Source: Atractiella rhizophila (Eukaryota). Taken from it: DNA of 64,000 nucleotides. Under the pieces are notes generated by a model, which saw nothing but the letters and a program-made list of their open reading frames with translations, was not told the DNA's origin and searched no databases. The DNA is taken from positions 1 through 64,000 of the forward strand of contig MU271407.1 of the NCBI GenBank assembly GCA_021432655.1. The letters are read 5' to 3'. Below, piece by piece: positions 62,103-64,000 of the stretch (positions are counted from its first letter, which is position 1; the number at the start of each line of letters is the position of its first letter). A program made the translations under genes and the position numbers.

Positions 62103-62797
62103 CGGACGGGACAACGCAATAACTGGTTGGGATGGAATCGAAGAAGGAGAAGGAAGAAGTGAATACGTCGTTTGTGAATACATCACTCGGTAAATACGTC
62201 GCAGGTCCTCGAGACCTACCTCAAGCAATACTTTATCGATTTCGATCGCGATCCATTCCAACAACATCAAACTACTTATGAACATTCTGTCGTTGTTCTG
62301 TATACCCGTCCAACAACAACATTTCCTGTCTCTCAAATTCACCTGCTTCTATTTGGCTCCACGCATATCATGGTTGAAGGTTCGATGTTTCGTCTTCGGT
62401 ACCTCCATTGAGGTGCATGCAGGCTTACTGTTCATTTCTTTCTCTTTTTTTCTCGAGTCTGAACCATAGAAATGTCTGAGAACTGTCTTCTGGGCTGAAG
62501 TGAATTACATATGCGTTGCTACGATTAGTGAAATCTAAACATGTCTGTCTGTCTACCCATTACAACTCCACCAATACCAACTCATGAGAATCGCACGATT
62601 ACCTTCTTCTCCATTCCTTATGTCACCACATCGAGCAGTTCGCGGATGTAAGGGAAGAAGCGTTCGGGTGCAAGCGTTCAGAAGGGCCAGGCAATTCTTC
62701 GTCCATCCCTAGAGACAAATATTAGGGGTGGTAATGCAAGGGAGGGTCCTTATACCTGAAGCCGTTTCTCGTTCAACACGTAGATGCTCATTAGTGC

Positions 62798-63349
62798 CTA
62801 CGACAAACGTGGGTAAGACTGCCAGGAAGAAGTCGGAGAAGACGAACCTGGGCCTGCTGTGGTTGACGACAAATCGAGGGGAGGCAGACGAAAGGTCCTC
62901 GTCACATTCGCCATTGACAGAGGTTGGAAACCTGTAAAAGGTCGAGATGGAAGAAGCGGTCGAACTGGTACGAAGGGCATGTCCCCTTCGCTCATACTAC
63001 TTCTTCCCTCCTCCTCGTCGCTGCTGCTAGCAAGCGAAAGTCGTCTTCTCAGCTTCCCTTCCAAATGCTTGATCTTCTCCTTCGACTCCAGTAGCTTAGA
63101 CTTCCACCTCCTCTCCTTCCTCTCAAACTTGCGCTGCTGTCGGAGTCGTTCCAGATATGCCCTCGCACACTCCTTCCGTAATGCACGCTCCCTTCGAAAT
63201 GTTCGGGCTTCCCTTTCGTCCAAAGTAATCGCTCGCAGTTTGGAAGTCGCCTCGCGTAAACCTGACGCATCTGAGTATGAAGCAGACAATCGAAAAGTGG
63301 GAGAATGGAGGGAGATGGAGTGTTGAAACTTCTTGTTGGTGCGCGTCAT
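62798..63349 (-). CDS. Hypothetical basic coiled-coil protein
   Basis: 183-aa ATG-initiated ORF with an Arg/Lys/Glu-rich helical segment. No recognisable domain. Confidence 0.45.
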   Translation of the reverse strand: MTRTNKKFQHSISLHSPTFRLSASYSDASGLREATSKLRAITLDEREARTFRRERALRKECARAYLERLRQQRKFERKERRWKSKLLESKEKIKHLEGKLRRRLSLASSSDEEEGRSSMSEGDMPFVPVRPLLPSRPFTGFQPLSMANVTRTFRLPPLDLSSTTAGPGSSSPTSSWQSYPRLS

Positions 63350-64000
63350 AGTTCTAAAAGTTGTACGAAATGATATGAGAGACTGAAAACGAAGGCAAAT
63401 GGCCTGTCTGTACTGATGGAGTGAAGAAGGCCATGCAGGGGCCTAAGCTCAAAGCTCCGGGCTGATTTTCGCCCACTGATCATCGATCATCATGTCAGCG
63501 AACAAAGGGCTGCATCATTCATGATGGTTCGCCCTGTTTGGGCAAAAGTAAGCCATGGGTCGAGTCTCCATGAACATGCAGACCGCTTCTGAACTGTTTG
63601 TACTGGTTTACAGTCGCGGCACGAACCGAACTGACAAAGGACATAGAGCGATATAAAAGCTTGTCTGATGGCGATCATGACTCAAAAGCACATGACGTGC
63701 TGAACTGAACACGATTTGAACCAGAAACGATGTTGTCCCTTGAACGGCAACGCGGGACTCAGCTATAAATTGAAGTGTTCCGCCTCATGCTCACCAGCGC
63801 ACCAGCGGTCTCTCCACCTCCACCCACGAACGCCTCAAACCGAAATGCGATCTTCCCTTTTCTCGCTCTAAGCCGTCCCCACGCTCTTCCACGCCTCATC
63901 TTTATGATGCACCGATCTTACCTCCTAAACGACATTCCGGAGCGAGGTTCGAGCCGAATGTAGATTTAGGTAAGGAAGAGGATGTGGAAAGAGGAGGGAA

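Overview
Eukaryotic, intron-rich fungal DNA (GT-AG introns mostly ~45-60 nt with CTRAY branch points). The protein families are basidiomycete-like; the species cannot be determined from the sequence. The window opens in the 3' end of a Ty3/Gypsy chromovirus (pol C-terminus, long 3' region, 25-N gap, LTR-like sequences) and continues through about 20 protein-coding genes: a Fringe-like GT31 glycosyltransferase, a peroxisomal long-chain acyl-CoA ligase, a PHO13-type HAD phosphatase, an HNH-like nuclease, an SRRM1-like PWI splicing factor, VTS1, an ankyrin protein inside a ~1.8-kb tandem duplication, two Rossmann-fold paralogs, an aspartic protease, a BTB protein, a PTGR-like reductase, CCT6, two CFEM-like proteins, a Zn2Cys6 transcription factor, an RmlD-like protein and LCL2. 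The best candidates for something undescribed are: (1) a tandemly duplicated ~225-nt multi-helix RNA motif with compensatory base changes, starting at the retrotransposon pol stop codon; (2) a spliced antisense Zn-cluster-like gene inside the same element; (3) a gene encoding ~14 tandem YABBY/HMG-box-like helical repeats; (4) a 691-nt intron with strand-specific secondary structure; (5) a candidate poison micro-exon in the SRRM1-like gene; (6) CFEM-like paralogs that lack one disulfide and differ at the heme-ligand position. Exon boundaries and family assignments were made by eye, with no database searches. Some segments look like noisy assembly.
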